Assembly: GCA_964606155.1 (NCBI GenBank)
Contig: CAZSGD010000022.1
Coordinates: 9,410 to 73,409 of the forward strand
Direction: 5' to 3'
Source of the DNA: an uncultured Chitinophaga sp.
Lineage (GTDB): Bacteria > Bacteroidota > Bacteroidia > Chitinophagales > Chitinophagaceae
Length of the DNA stretch: 64,000 nt
Within the stretch, counting starts at the first letter, position 1. Each line of letters opens with the position of its first letter. A program made the translations under genes and the position numbers. Below, piece after piece: positions 1-9,050 of this stretch. Below the pieces are notes generated by a model. The model searched no databases. It saw only the letters and a program-made list of their open reading frames with translations, and was not told the origin of the DNA.

Positions 1-424
1 TTTTCAACTTGTTAAGGATAGCGGCGCCAGTGGATGTTTTAAAAGCAATAACTGCGTCCTTTTTTGTTAGGGTCAGAGATATAGTATCCTTCAGGATTGC
101 TTCTTTACCTTTTTTGAAGCCGCCGATCATTTTTGTAAACTCTTCTTTTGTCAGACCCATTCCATTCACATAGGAAACATCCCGGTCGCCCCTTTCCACC
201 ATCCTGATGATATATTTATCAGTCCATTCAGGGTTGGCCTTCAGGTTTTTTAAAGCAGTTTGTTGCAGTGTTTTAATTTCTCCCGTAAACTCATAAGAAA
301 CAAAGGCTGCCTTGTAGGTTCCTGGTTTTAACAGGCTGTCAGCGATTTTTGCCGTATTCGGTGTTTGTGCACTGGTTAAGGTGAAACTTATTAACAGGGG
401 TACAAGTAGTGATATAGATTTCAT
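1..424 (-). CDS. hypothetical secreted protein, 5' part only (3' end lies beyond the window edge)
   Basis: Not in the ORF track because no stop lies in the window. My reverse-complement reading gives ATG at 424..422, then MKSISLLVPLLISFTLTSAQ... (signal-peptide-like), open to position 1. Confidence 0.45.
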   Translation of the reverse strand, partial: MKSISLLVPLLISFTLTSAQTPNTAKIADSLLKPGTYKAAFVSYEFTGEIKTLQQTALKNLKANPEWTDKYIIRMVERGDRDVSYVNGMGLTKEEFTKMIGGFKKGKEAILKDTISLTLTKKDAVIAFKTSTGAAILNKLK

Positions 425-634
425 AGTATGGCTGATTTTTAAAGAATACTTTTTAATCAGGTGTGCAAAATAGTTGGAAAATCTCACTTTACGCCGTTGT
501 TGGTGTTTAAGTTTAATGCTTTGTCTGCTTTAGAACATCTCACCAAAAATAAGGGAATACGAAAGACCCTTTCTATAATCAATAAACTACAAAAAGGGTC
601 TTTGGAATTTAAGAAATGGAATCCCCAGTGGCTT

Positions 635-1138
635 TTACTTTGTCAATACATCCGCCGGCATTTTATCCATGTCCTTATTCGGGAGTTTGGTATGGTCAGA
701 TACGGCTTTTAATAAACTCTTAAAACGCACTTTAGCCCTGCTGATAGTTTGTTTTCTTATCCCGTCAGCGCCGAGGGTCATCACGGTATAATCGCCCGGG
801 GAAATGCGGAAGCCTACTATCAATACATTGTCTGATCCGCTTAAAGCCGGTGTTTTTGTATGGCCGGGGGTATTAAAAAGGTCCAGTTTGAACTCAACAG
901 CTTTGGCCGTAATATTTCTTGCCCATACAAAGCCCTTGCTGTCTTCAAACAGGTTGGGGTCATCGTTAGGATTGGGTGGCGGTGGGCCCATGGGTACTCT
1001 GCCCAGCTCCATGATGCAGGAGTTGAGCCAGCTACCCCAGGAAGTAAAGTACCCGTACCATTCTTCGGCGCTGCTACCCGGACCGGGGTCCATAGGTTCG
1101 CTTTCAGAACACTCGTTCAGATCAAATAGTTTTCTCAT
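635..1138 (-). CDS. hypothetical protein (167 aa)
   Basis: ATG-initiated ORF with no competing long ORF. I recognise no family motif. Confidence 0.5.
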   Translation of the reverse strand: MRKLFDLNECSESEPMDPGPGSSAEEWYGYFTSWGSWLNSCIMELGRVPMGPPPPNPNDDPNLFEDSKGFVWARNITAKAVEFKLDLFNTPGHTKTPALSGSDNVLIVGFRISPGDYTVMTLGADGIRKQTISRAKVRFKSLLKAVSDHTKLPNKDMDKMPADVLTK

Positions 1139-1386
1139 AGTCTTTGTTTTTGAAATGATGAATTATGTTTTCAACCATTTTCCGGGCGGAAAACTACAGA
1201 AGCAGGGATGCCTTATCGTGAATACTCTCCGGTTTCAGTAGCAGGTGATAAGTGGAAATAATAATGGGCGGGTAAGTATACAAAGTTTACGAAATCTGGA
1301 AGCGAAAGTCAATACCATTTTTATGGTATTTTCTTCGCTTACCGTGAGTTTAGTAGCAGCATTTCGGTGATCACCCTTCGGCAGGC

Positions 1387-2664
1387 TCAGGGTGACAGAA
1401 GCATTGCGTCTTCTTTTTTATGCTTCAGAGCAAACCATCCGGTCACCACCAGGGAAAGCATAAAGTACCCGGATAAAATGTATTTCGCTGCAGAAAGATA
1501 TACCGAGGCGCCAAACCAATCATCCTGTGAATAAATAAAATATAATCCTGATCCGCAGCGCAGCAATTCCCATACAATAGCATACTGATTACGGTCCATC
1601 AGCTCTGTAAGGGCATACACACTGAGGAAAAGAAAACCGCCATACCAAATAATATAGTTTGTATCCAACTGGTTGATTGGGGCAATATTGCCAAACAAAT
1701 AACTGGTAAATAAAAGTATCATCAGCAACTGCACCCAGGTCCATGCATTGAAAGCTGGGGATGTGCGGGTATCATATTTTTTAAAATGATATACATCTTC
1801 AATTTTGTACACCGGGTATTTCGCAGCCACATCTGCGGGGCGGTAACCCGTATGCCGGAACCAGAGCGTAAATTTTTCCATCCAGCTTTTAGTACGCCAC
1901 GCATCTTTTATCAATAGCCATACATGCTGGAAATTGATCTTAATGGGGTTCCAGGTGCGAACAGGTCTTGTGATACCATATACAGGCGGCACATCCGGTA
2001 ATTCCTCCTGGAATGTGCCAAACCATTTGTCCCAGAAAATAAAGATCTGCCCGTAATTTTTATCAATATACTCTTTGTTGATGGCATGGTGCACCCGGTG
2101 ATGCGAAGGGGTGACAATGATCTTTTCCAAAAAACCCATCTTGTTGATATGCTGTGTATGGTACCAGAACTGGGCAAATAAATGCAATGGCGCCACTACG
2201 TTGATCACCTGGTCAGGCACACCCAACAGGGCGGCAGGCAATAAAAAAATGGCAAATGTTTTTACAATAGCGGATACGCTTTGCCGTAAGGCACAGGCCA
2301 GGTTGAACTCTTCACTGCTGTGATGTACGATATGCCCGTTCCAGAAAAAATTGGCCACATGCTGTAAACGGTGCACCCAGTAACCCGCAAAGTCGAGGGC
2401 AAAAAATGCGATCACATAAGTCAGGATAGTATTGGGTACCGTCGTCAATGCCAGGTTTCGCAGGAAAAAAGGGTAAGCAAGTATCACAAAATAAAGCCCG
2501 ATCACATCCTTGGTCACATTGGTCACACCGCTCGTCAAGCTGCTGATCATATCCATATTCCGGACAGTATCCTTTCCTTTGCGCCATCCATACCATTTCT
2601 CAAAAAGTACGAGGAGCAGGAAGGCAGGCATGGCAATCAGTAGTATCTTTCCGTAAGCCTCCAT
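1387..2664 (-). CDS. fatty acid hydroxylase / sterol desaturase family membrane protein
   Basis: Histidine boxes HRLQH, HIVHH and HHRVHH, plus multiple hydrophobic segments. Confidence 0.85.
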   Translation of the reverse strand: MEAYGKILLIAMPAFLLLVLFEKWYGWRKGKDTVRNMDMISSLTSGVTNVTKDVIGLYFVILAYPFFLRNLALTTVPNTILTYVIAFFALDFAGYWVHRLQHVANFFWNGHIVHHSSEEFNLACALRQSVSAIVKTFAIFLLPAALLGVPDQVINVVAPLHLFAQFWYHTQHINKMGFLEKIIVTPSHHRVHHAINKEYIDKNYGQIFIFWDKWFGTFQEELPDVPPVYGITRPVRTWNPIKINFQHVWLLIKDAWRTKSWMEKFTLWFRHTGYRPADVAAKYPVYKIEDVYHFKKYDTRTSPAFNAWTWVQLLMILLFTSYLFGNIAPINQLDTNYIIWYGGFLFLSVYALTELMDRNQYAIVWELLRCGSGLYFIYSQDDWFGASVYLSAAKYILSGYFMLSLVVTGWFALKHKKEDAMLLSP

Positions 2665-2681
2665 GAATGTGATGTTGGTTA

Positions 2682-2689
2682 CAAATTTA
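2682..2689 (-). promoter_or_regulatory. candidate Bacteroidota -7 promoter box (TAAATTTG), 17 nt upstream of the ATG at 2664
   Basis: Exact match to the TAnnTTTG consensus on the minus strand. Confidence 0.35.
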
Positions 2690-2827
2690 ATGTTTTAGCA
2701 GGAAGAAGCAAACGGGGAGTAAAGAGCAGTGGTTGGGGATTTGGAATTGGGAAATTGGGTAGCAGGTTGATAATAGAACCCCTCTGGCTCCTTACAGGGT
2801 TGCTTTTTTGGGGAGATTAAATAAGTG

Positions 2828-2902
2828 GACAGAATACAGTAGACGAATACAGTAGACAGGGAGCAGGTTTCGAAGCGCTACTGTCTGCTGTATTCTGTCT
2901 AC
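2828..2902. repeat. inverted/direct word repeat in a divergent promoter region
   Basis: gacagaatacagtagac (2828-2844) pairs with gtctgctgtattctgtc (2883-2899); 16 of 17 pairs are Watson-Crick, and the remaining T/G pair can form a G-U wobble in RNA. A tandem second copy gaatacagtagac lies at 2845-2857, and alternative pairings are possible. Confidence 0.7.
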
Positions 2903-2923
2903 TCTCTACTGAATGCTAAAAAA

Positions 2924-3388
2924 ATGCTAACTATGGATAACATTCGGTTCTTGATTATCGTATTGCTTATTGCGTCATGTAAACCCTCCACCACAAAACC
3001 AATAGACGCAAGCCTGGTAACGGAGCAGGAGGTAAAAGACTTTATCACCGCTTATGACCGGGCCTGGGAAGACCGGGATGCCCTGAAGATGAAAGAAATG
3101 ATGGATGAGAAATACATTTATTTCAGCTCCACGGGCAGTACTACCACAAGAGAGAAAATCCTGGGCTGGTTTACCCCCGCTGATAAATATAAAATGGATA
3201 CGGCTTACCGGAACGAGATCAGCATTATATTAAATGGCAACACCGCTGTTGTAAGCACTCATTGGGTGGGTAATGGAACATTTGGGGATATGAAATTCAA
3301 CGATGACCAGCGCTGCGGATTGGTCATTCAAAAACTGAACGGGAAACTGAAGCTTATTTCGGAGCATTGTGTGCAGATTGAAAGATAG
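2924..3388 (+). CDS. SnoaL-like / DUF4440 (NTF2-fold) lipoprotein
   Basis: Lipoprotein-type N-terminus (LLIASC). The segment EVKDFITAYDRAWEDRD is typical of DUF4440/NTF2-like proteins. Confidence 0.65.
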   Translation: MLTMDNIRFLIIVLLIASCKPSTTKPIDASLVTEQEVKDFITAYDRAWEDRDALKMKEMMDEKYIYFSSTGSTTTREKILGWFTPADKYKMDTAYRNEISIILNGNTAVVSTHWVGNGTFGDMKFNDDQRCGLVIQKLNGKLKLISEHCVQIER

Positions 3389-3492
3389 TTACGAGTTATG
3401 AGTAACGGGTGTATTAAAACAGGACAAGCACCACTGATGGGCAACTTTAGGATAGTTCGATTGGAGGACAACCCGTAACCCATAACTCGTAA
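3389..3492. terminator. long imperfect hairpin between convergent genes (possible bidirectional terminator)
   Basis: ttacgagttatgagtaacgggt (3389-3410) pairs with acccgtaacccataactcgtaa (3471-3492) at 20 of 22 positions, with a 60-nt loop. The arms are themselves heptamer-periodic. Confidence 0.45.
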
Positions 3493-3507
3493 CCAGTATT
3501 TAAACGA

Positions 3508-4350
3508 TTATAGTTCTTTTAGCCATTCCGTTACAAATTGTTTTGTCGTTGAATAAACATCCGGTCCCGCCCGATAGATCATCTTCCAGTCGCCGGATTT
3601 GGATTCATAAGCCGGGTTCACAAATCTTTTCTTGTTATATTTTTCCACCAACTCAGCATCAAAGTCAACCGTATTGGCAATGGAGAGGTATTTGGTCAAG
3701 CGGTCTTTGATCATTACCCGTACATCTTCAGGGTAGGTGGTTTCCCATCTTTTCAGGTCCTGGTTATAGCGGTCCCAATTGTATTTATGATTAGATAATT
3801 CGCCCTGGTACCTTATTTCCACGATTTTATTATCCGGCTGCCTGTATTCCTCGATCTGCTTTTTAGTTTTGGTAATGGATTCCTCCATTATTTTTTTGAT
3901 CTCCGGTGTCATCTGTGCCATGCTTTTCTCGGCATCTTTCACACTTTTTTCCATGTCGGTGATCATTTCTTTGCGTACCTGTTCCTTGGTCCTGGGTTCT
4001 TTTACGGGTTCAAAAGGCTTGAAGTCTTTTCTTTGCTGGGCATAGTAAGTTTTGAATGTGGCACTGCTCACATACGACTTGGTATAGATGAGCAGGTTCT
4101 TCACCACAGCAGCCCGCTGATTCAATGCCACATTCTTAGCATTTCGCAACCCGTAGATATCGGTATAGCCGCTTACAAAACTGTTTTTGATTTTTTCTGT
4201 TCCCTGCAATTGGGTGATTCCTAGTTGCTTCCAAACATCATCCGCTATTTTTTGTGAAGCTACAAAAGATGACATGGTCACTACAATAGCCAGCAAAATG
4301 GCGCCGGCAAGGCTGAGGAAAATAAGTCTGTATAAGGTCCTGGCTCTCAT
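3508..4350 (-). CDS. hypothetical membrane-anchored protein (280 aa, K/E-rich)
   Basis: N-terminal hydrophobic helix LIFLSLAGAILLAIVVTM. No recognised motif. Confidence 0.6.
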   Translation of the reverse strand: MRARTLYRLIFLSLAGAILLAIVVTMSSFVASQKIADDVWKQLGITQLQGTEKIKNSFVSGYTDIYGLRNAKNVALNQRAAVVKNLLIYTKSYVSSATFKTYYAQQRKDFKPFEPVKEPRTKEQVRKEMITDMEKSVKDAEKSMAQMTPEIKKIMEESITKTKKQIEEYRQPDNKIVEIRYQGELSNHKYNWDRYNQDLKRWETTYPEDVRVMIKDRLTKYLSIANTVDFDAELVEKYNKKRFVNPAYESKSGDWKMIYRAGPDVYSTTKQFVTEWLKEL

Positions 4351-4569
4351 AAATAAGGTTTAAGAATGAATAATTTTTATGCCCAAATATCTAACGCGTA
4401 TGGATAGCCGGAAACCTAAGGTTGAATGAATTGAATGGAAAGCAGGATGAGTTGAGGGGTCGGGAGTTTGGAGCCTGGAGCCCCGGTCCGTATTTGGCAA
4501 TCAATATTTGAAAGGGCGTACAAGTTTTTCAATTTTAAAGTATGGGGCTAACGACTACAGACTAAAGAT

Positions 4570-4577
4570 TAAATTTG
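4570..4577 (+). promoter_or_regulatory. candidate -7 box TAAATTTG, 5 nt upstream of the ATG at 4583
   Basis: Exact TAnnTTTG match. The spacing implies a leaderless or near-leaderless mRNA. Confidence 0.4.
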
Positions 4578-4582
4578 CCCGC

Positions 4583-5617
4583 ATGTCAAAACATATATTC
4601 CATTGCATCGACGCACATACCTGTGGCAACCCGGTGAGGCTGGTGAAACAAGGTGGTCCTGCACTGGAAGGAAAGAACATGAGTGAAAAGCGCCAGCATT
4701 TTTTAAGAGACTATGACTGGATACGGACAGGCCTGATGTTTGAACCCCGTGGTCATGATATGATGAGTGGCAGCATCCTGTATCCCGCACATGATCCGCA
4801 AAATGATGTGGCTGTTTTGTTCATTGAAACGAGCGGCTGCCTGCCCATGTGTGGCCATGGCACTATCGGTACCATTACCATCGCCATTGAAGAGGGATTG
4901 ATTAAACCGCAAGTACCCGGTAAAGTTAGAATGGAAACGCCGGCCGGTTTGATCAGGGTGGAATACAGGACAGCAGCCAATCCCCGGAACACGGACAAAG
5001 GAAACCCGCCTAAAGTAGAGTCGGTAAAGCTGACAAATGTGCCATCATTTCTTCACTCAGCAGAACTAACAGTACAATGCCCGGAATTGGGGGAATTGGT
5101 AATCGATGTTTCTTATGGCGGTAATTTTTATGCTATCGTGGATGTGCAACCGAATTTTAAGGGACTGGAACATTATGCGGCCGATAAATTAATTACCTGG
5201 GCCAGGGAGCTGAGAAAGAACATCAATGCGAAATACGAGTTTGTTCATCCCGATGATACAACGATCAAAGGCTGTTCGCATATATTATGGACGGGAGCGG
5301 TGCTGGATAAAACATCCACTGCAAGAAATGCCGTATTCTATGGCGATAAAGCCATCGACCGTTCACCCTGCGGCACAGGCACCAGCGCCCGAATGGCGCA
5401 ATGGTATGCCAAAGGGAAGCTGAAGAAAGGAGATACATTTATTCATGAAAGTATCATCGGCAGTAAATTCATGGGCAGGATAGAAGAAGAGCTGACCCAG
5501 CATGGGAAACCGGCTATTCGTCCTTCGGTGGAAGGATGGGCAAAGATCTATGGGTATAATACGATCTGGATCGATAAAGAGGATGATCCTTATGCATGGG
5601 GGTTCCAGGTGTTGTAA
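4583..5617 (+). CDS. 4-hydroxyproline 2-epimerase (proline racemase family)
   Basis: N-terminus HCIDAHTCGNPVRLV. Both catalytic Cys motifs are present (LPMCGHGTIG and DRSPCGTGTSA). The track ORF starts at TTG 4508; I prefer ATG 4583 because it matches the family N-terminus and the -7 box. Confidence 0.88.
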   Translation: MSKHIFHCIDAHTCGNPVRLVKQGGPALEGKNMSEKRQHFLRDYDWIRTGLMFEPRGHDMMSGSILYPAHDPQNDVAVLFIETSGCLPMCGHGTIGTITIAIEEGLIKPQVPGKVRMETPAGLIRVEYRTAANPRNTDKGNPPKVESVKLTNVPSFLHSAELTVQCPELGELVIDVSYGGNFYAIVDVQPNFKGLEHYAADKLITWARELRKNINAKYEFVHPDDTTIKGCSHILWTGAVLDKTSTARNAVFYGDKAIDRSPCGTGTSARMAQWYAKGKLKKGDTFIHESIIGSKFMGRIEEELTQHGKPAIRPSVEGWAKIYGYNTIWIDKEDDPYAWGFQVL

Positions 5618-6035
5618 TTAGTATTGGAGATTTGGAATTAGGCTCCGACTACTGTGGGGATGCGGATAATGATTGGGATTAGGATTCGGATTCGGAATTG
5701 CGACTAAGATGAGGTTAAAAGAATTCTATGATCTTGCATAATAATAAACGTAATGCTGCTAACCCTTCCCCTAACGGGGGAAGTTGGAAGGGGGCCTGCG
5801 GATTATAAAGAGGATGATCCTTATGCATGGGGGTTCCAGGTGTTGTAATTAGTATTGGAGATTTGGAATTAGGCTCCGACTACTGTGGGGATGCGGATAA
5901 TGATTGGGATTAGGATTCGGATTCGGAATTGCGACTAAGATGAGGTTAAAAGAATTCTATGATCTTGCATAATAATAAACGTAATGCTGCTAACCCTTCC
6001 CCTAACGGGGGAAGTTGGAAGGGGGCCTGCGGATT
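5574..6035. repeat. perfect tandem duplication, 2 x 231 bp
   Basis: 5574-5804 and 5805-6035 read identically base for base. Copy 1 includes the last 44 nt of the epimerase CDS (KEDDPYAWGFQVL*), its 3' flank and a ccttcccc/ggggaag hairpin. Confidence 0.95.
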
Positions 6036-6047
6036 AATAATTGAAAA

Positions 6048-7016
6048 GTGCTGAAACGAATTTTTGCAATAGTCATTACTTCTTTTATACTGACAACTGC
6101 TTGCCGGGAAAAAAAAGCATTGAACAATGATATTGTGAAAAAAGATTTACCGGAACAGTTTTTAGTGATACTGGGTGTGGCCCAGGATGCCGGTTATCCG
6201 CAGGTGGGATGCGAAAAAGAATGCTGCAAAGCCTATTGGGAGGGGAAGGAAACAAAGAAACATATCACCAGTCTGGCCCTGGTTGATAATACTACGAATC
6301 AATACTGGTTGTTTGAAGCCACACCGGATATAGGCGGGCAATTACATGCCGTACAGCCATACATTTCATCAGCTCCTGGTTATTCACCGGATGGTATCTT
6401 CCTCACACATGCGCATATTGGCCATTATGCAGGACTGATGCAATTAGGAAGGGAAGCAATGGGCGCACAAGATATTCCCGTTCATGTGATGCCCCGGATG
6501 GATTCCTTTCTGCGTAATAATGGCCCCTGGGGCCAATTGGTAAAACTGAACAATATCCATCTGCAATTGCTGAATGAGGATACAGCCACCCGGCTTTCTC
6601 CATCATTGAGTGTATTACCGGTAAGGGTACCGCACCGCGATGAGTATTCGGAAACGGTGGGATTTATCATTCTCAGTAAGAAGAAAAGGGTTCTGTTCAT
6701 ACCCGATATTGATAAATGGGAAAAATGGAACTGGGATATTGTAAAAGAAGTGAAAGACTTTGACCGGGTGCTGATTGATGGGACTTTTTTCCGGAACGGT
6801 GAACTACCGGGCAGGGATATGCGGGAAGTGCCGCATCCTTTTGTGGAAGAAAGTATGGCATTATTTTCAGGCCTGCCGGATTCTGTACGGTCAAAGATTA
6901 CTTTCATTCATTTCAATCATACCAATCCTTTGTTGAAACAGCAATCACCCGAAAGGGAGCAAGTGCATTCAAAAGGATTCCGGGTGGCTGAAGAGGGAAT
7001 GGTCATTGCATTATAA
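6048..7016 (+). CDS. MBL-fold metallo-hydrolase, PqqB-like, lipoprotein
   Basis: FLTHAHIGHYAGL is a variant of HxHxDH with Gly in place of Asp. Lipobox-like N-terminus ILTTAC. GTG start. Confidence 0.7.
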   Translation: MLKRIFAIVITSFILTTACREKKALNNDIVKKDLPEQFLVILGVAQDAGYPQVGCEKECCKAYWEGKETKKHITSLALVDNTTNQYWLFEATPDIGGQLHAVQPYISSAPGYSPDGIFLTHAHIGHYAGLMQLGREAMGAQDIPVHVMPRMDSFLRNNGPWGQLVKLNNIHLQLLNEDTATRLSPSLSVLPVRVPHRDEYSETVGFIILSKKKRVLFIPDIDKWEKWNWDIVKEVKDFDRVLIDGTFFRNGELPGRDMREVPHPFVEESMALFSGLPDSVRSKITFIHFNHTNPLLKQQSPEREQVHSKGFRVAEEGMVIAL

Positions 7017-7034
7017 ACAGTAAAACATACCAGC

Positions 7035-9026
7035 ATGAAAAAATGGTTACCTGTTCTCCTGATCCTGGGTGTTATGCGGGCAGCGTATGCGCAAACCCCC
7101 ATTCAAAAATTTGAGTTTGTCAATTTTTCGCAGGTGAACATTACCGATAGTTTCTGGAAACCCAAAATTGATAAAGTGGCCACAGAAACCATGAAAGTCT
7201 GTATTTACCAGACTGAAGTAAAAACGCCCCGGATCCGGAATTTTGAAAAAGTGGCCCGGAACAAGGGGGAGAAATTTGAGGGGCTGTATTATGATGACAG
7301 CGATGTATACAAGGCATTAGAGGCAATGTCGTATGCTTTAAAAACACATCCCGACAGTGCCCTGGAAGCAAAAGCGGATGAGTGGATCGATAAAATAGCC
7401 GCCGCACAATTACCGGATGGTTATCTCGGCACCTTTTATACATTAAGGGATATTAACCAGCGCTGGACCAATATTGAAGCGCATGAGGATTATAATGCAG
7501 GTCATTTATTTGAGGCAGCCGTAGCTTATTATCATACCACCGGAAAAAGAAAACTGCTGGATGTGGCGGTCCGTTTTGCCAATCATATCGATTCCACTTT
7601 CCGGCTGGGAGAAAAAAAATGGTTCAGCGGCCATGAAGAAATTGAACTGGCCCTGGTGAAATTGTATAAAGCGACTAAGGATACCCGTTACCTTAAATTG
7701 GCGGATTGGTATTTGCAGCAGCGGGGAAAAGGATATTATACTTATGGCAAAACATGGTTTACCCCCGCTTACTGGCAGGACCTGATGGCGGTGAAAGATC
7801 AAACAGAGATCACAGGCCATGCCGTGCGGGCCATGTACCTGTATAGTGGAGCGGCGGATATGTCGGCTATTACCGGCAATGGAGATTACCTCCATGCCAT
7901 GACGAAAGTGTGGGAAGATGTGGTGCACCGGAATATGTACCTCACCGGTGGCATTGGTTCGGCAGGCGATAATGAAGGCTTCAGCAGGGATTATGACCTG
8001 CCCAACGAAGAGGCGTATTGCGAAACCTGCGCATCTGTGGGTATGGTGTTGTGGAACCAGCGCATGTGCCAGCTCACTGGCGACAGTAAATATGTGGATG
8101 TACTGGAAAGATCATTATACAATGGCGCTTTGGATGGGTTGAGTTTGGACGGGAAAAAATTCTTTTATGACAATGTTCTTGCCTCTAACGGTCAGCATCA
8201 ACGCCGGGAATGGTTTGGTACGGCCTGTTGCCCGGCCAATATAGCAAGACTGGTTACCTCCCTCGGCGATTATATTTATGCAAAAAGCGGGGATGGGATA
8301 TGGGTACAGCTTTTTGTGGGAAGTAATACAGTTATAAAAATGAATAACACGGATGTGGCAGTGAAAATGGAGACCCAATATCCCTGGAATGGTAAAGTGA
8401 CACTGAATATTGATCCTGCCAGGAAAATAAAAACCAGGCTGAGTTTGAGGATACCGGCCTGGGCTATCAATAAACCATCGCCCGGAGGGTTGTACTATGT
8501 TGTTACAAACGCTGCAGATTCTTTTGGTCCTTCCTTAAAGGTCAACGGGCAGCAGGTGGAGTATAAAATAGAAAATGGCTATGCCGTGGTGGAGCGGGAA
8601 TGGAAAAAAGGAGATGTGGTGGAATATGAAATGCCGATGAATGTACAGTTCATAGGGGCCAGGTCAGAATTAAAAGCGGGTATGGACAGGTTGGCTATTC
8701 AGCGTGGTCCATTAGTATATTGTATAGAAGGCGCTGATAATAAAGAAGGGGTTTGGAATCTTGTATTACCTGCCGGAACAACATTTACAGTTTCCAATTA
8801 CCAGGTGCTGAACGAAACCGTTAAATGTTTGCAGGCCGAACTGTCTTCAGCTATGGCCGCCGCCGATGGGAAAGGGGTTGTGATAGAAAAAAGAAAAGTG
8901 ACCGCCATACCTTATTATTGCTGGGCTAACAGGGGACCCAATGCCATGCAGGTGTGGTTGCCCGTTAAAATAAAGGAAGTGAAGATCAACTATGCTTCGA
9001 AGTATGAAGATGGCGGGAATTATTAA
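7035..9026 (+). CDS. glycoside hydrolase family 127 (beta-L-arabinofuranosidase, HypBA1-like, DUF1680)
   Basis: Signal peptide, HAVRAMYLYSG, EAYCETCASVGMV and GTACCPANIARL (the Zn-binding and nucleophile cysteines of GH127). Confidence 0.88.
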   Translation: MKKWLPVLLILGVMRAAYAQTPIQKFEFVNFSQVNITDSFWKPKIDKVATETMKVCIYQTEVKTPRIRNFEKVARNKGEKFEGLYYDDSDVYKALEAMSYALKTHPDSALEAKADEWIDKIAAAQLPDGYLGTFYTLRDINQRWTNIEAHEDYNAGHLFEAAVAYYHTTGKRKLLDVAVRFANHIDSTFRLGEKKWFSGHEEIELALVKLYKATKDTRYLKLADWYLQQRGKGYYTYGKTWFTPAYWQDLMAVKDQTEITGHAVRAMYLYSGAADMSAITGNGDYLHAMTKVWEDVVHRNMYLTGGIGSAGDNEGFSRDYDLPNEEAYCETCASVGMVLWNQRMCQLTGDSKYVDVLERSLYNGALDGLSLDGKKFFYDNVLASNGQHQRREWFGTACCPANIARLVTSLGDYIYAKSGDGIWVQLFVGSNTVIKMNNTDVAVKMETQYPWNGKVTLNIDPARKIKTRLSLRIPAWAINKPSPGGLYYVVTNAADSFGPSLKVNGQQVEYKIENGYAVVEREWKKGDVVEYEMPMNVQFIGARSELKAGMDRLAIQRGPLVYCIEGADNKEGVWNLVLPAGTTFTVSNYQVLNETVKCLQAELSSAMAAADGKGVVIEKRKVTAIPYYCWANRGPNAMQVWLPVKIKEVKINYASKYEDGGNY

Positions 9027-9050
9027 AGCAAGGATTTTTTAATCAGGAGT

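Noticed and set aside
4508-4582. N-terminal extensions in the ORF track: 4508, 16887 (purE), 25952, 28460, 29454, 35266, 36203, 43316, 48301, 49599, 52697, 55188 and 57665.
   Set aside because: The extensions start at TTG or GTG, or run through repeats or the upstream gene. The internal ATGs reproduce canonical family N-termini, and several sit next to a TAnnTTTG box.
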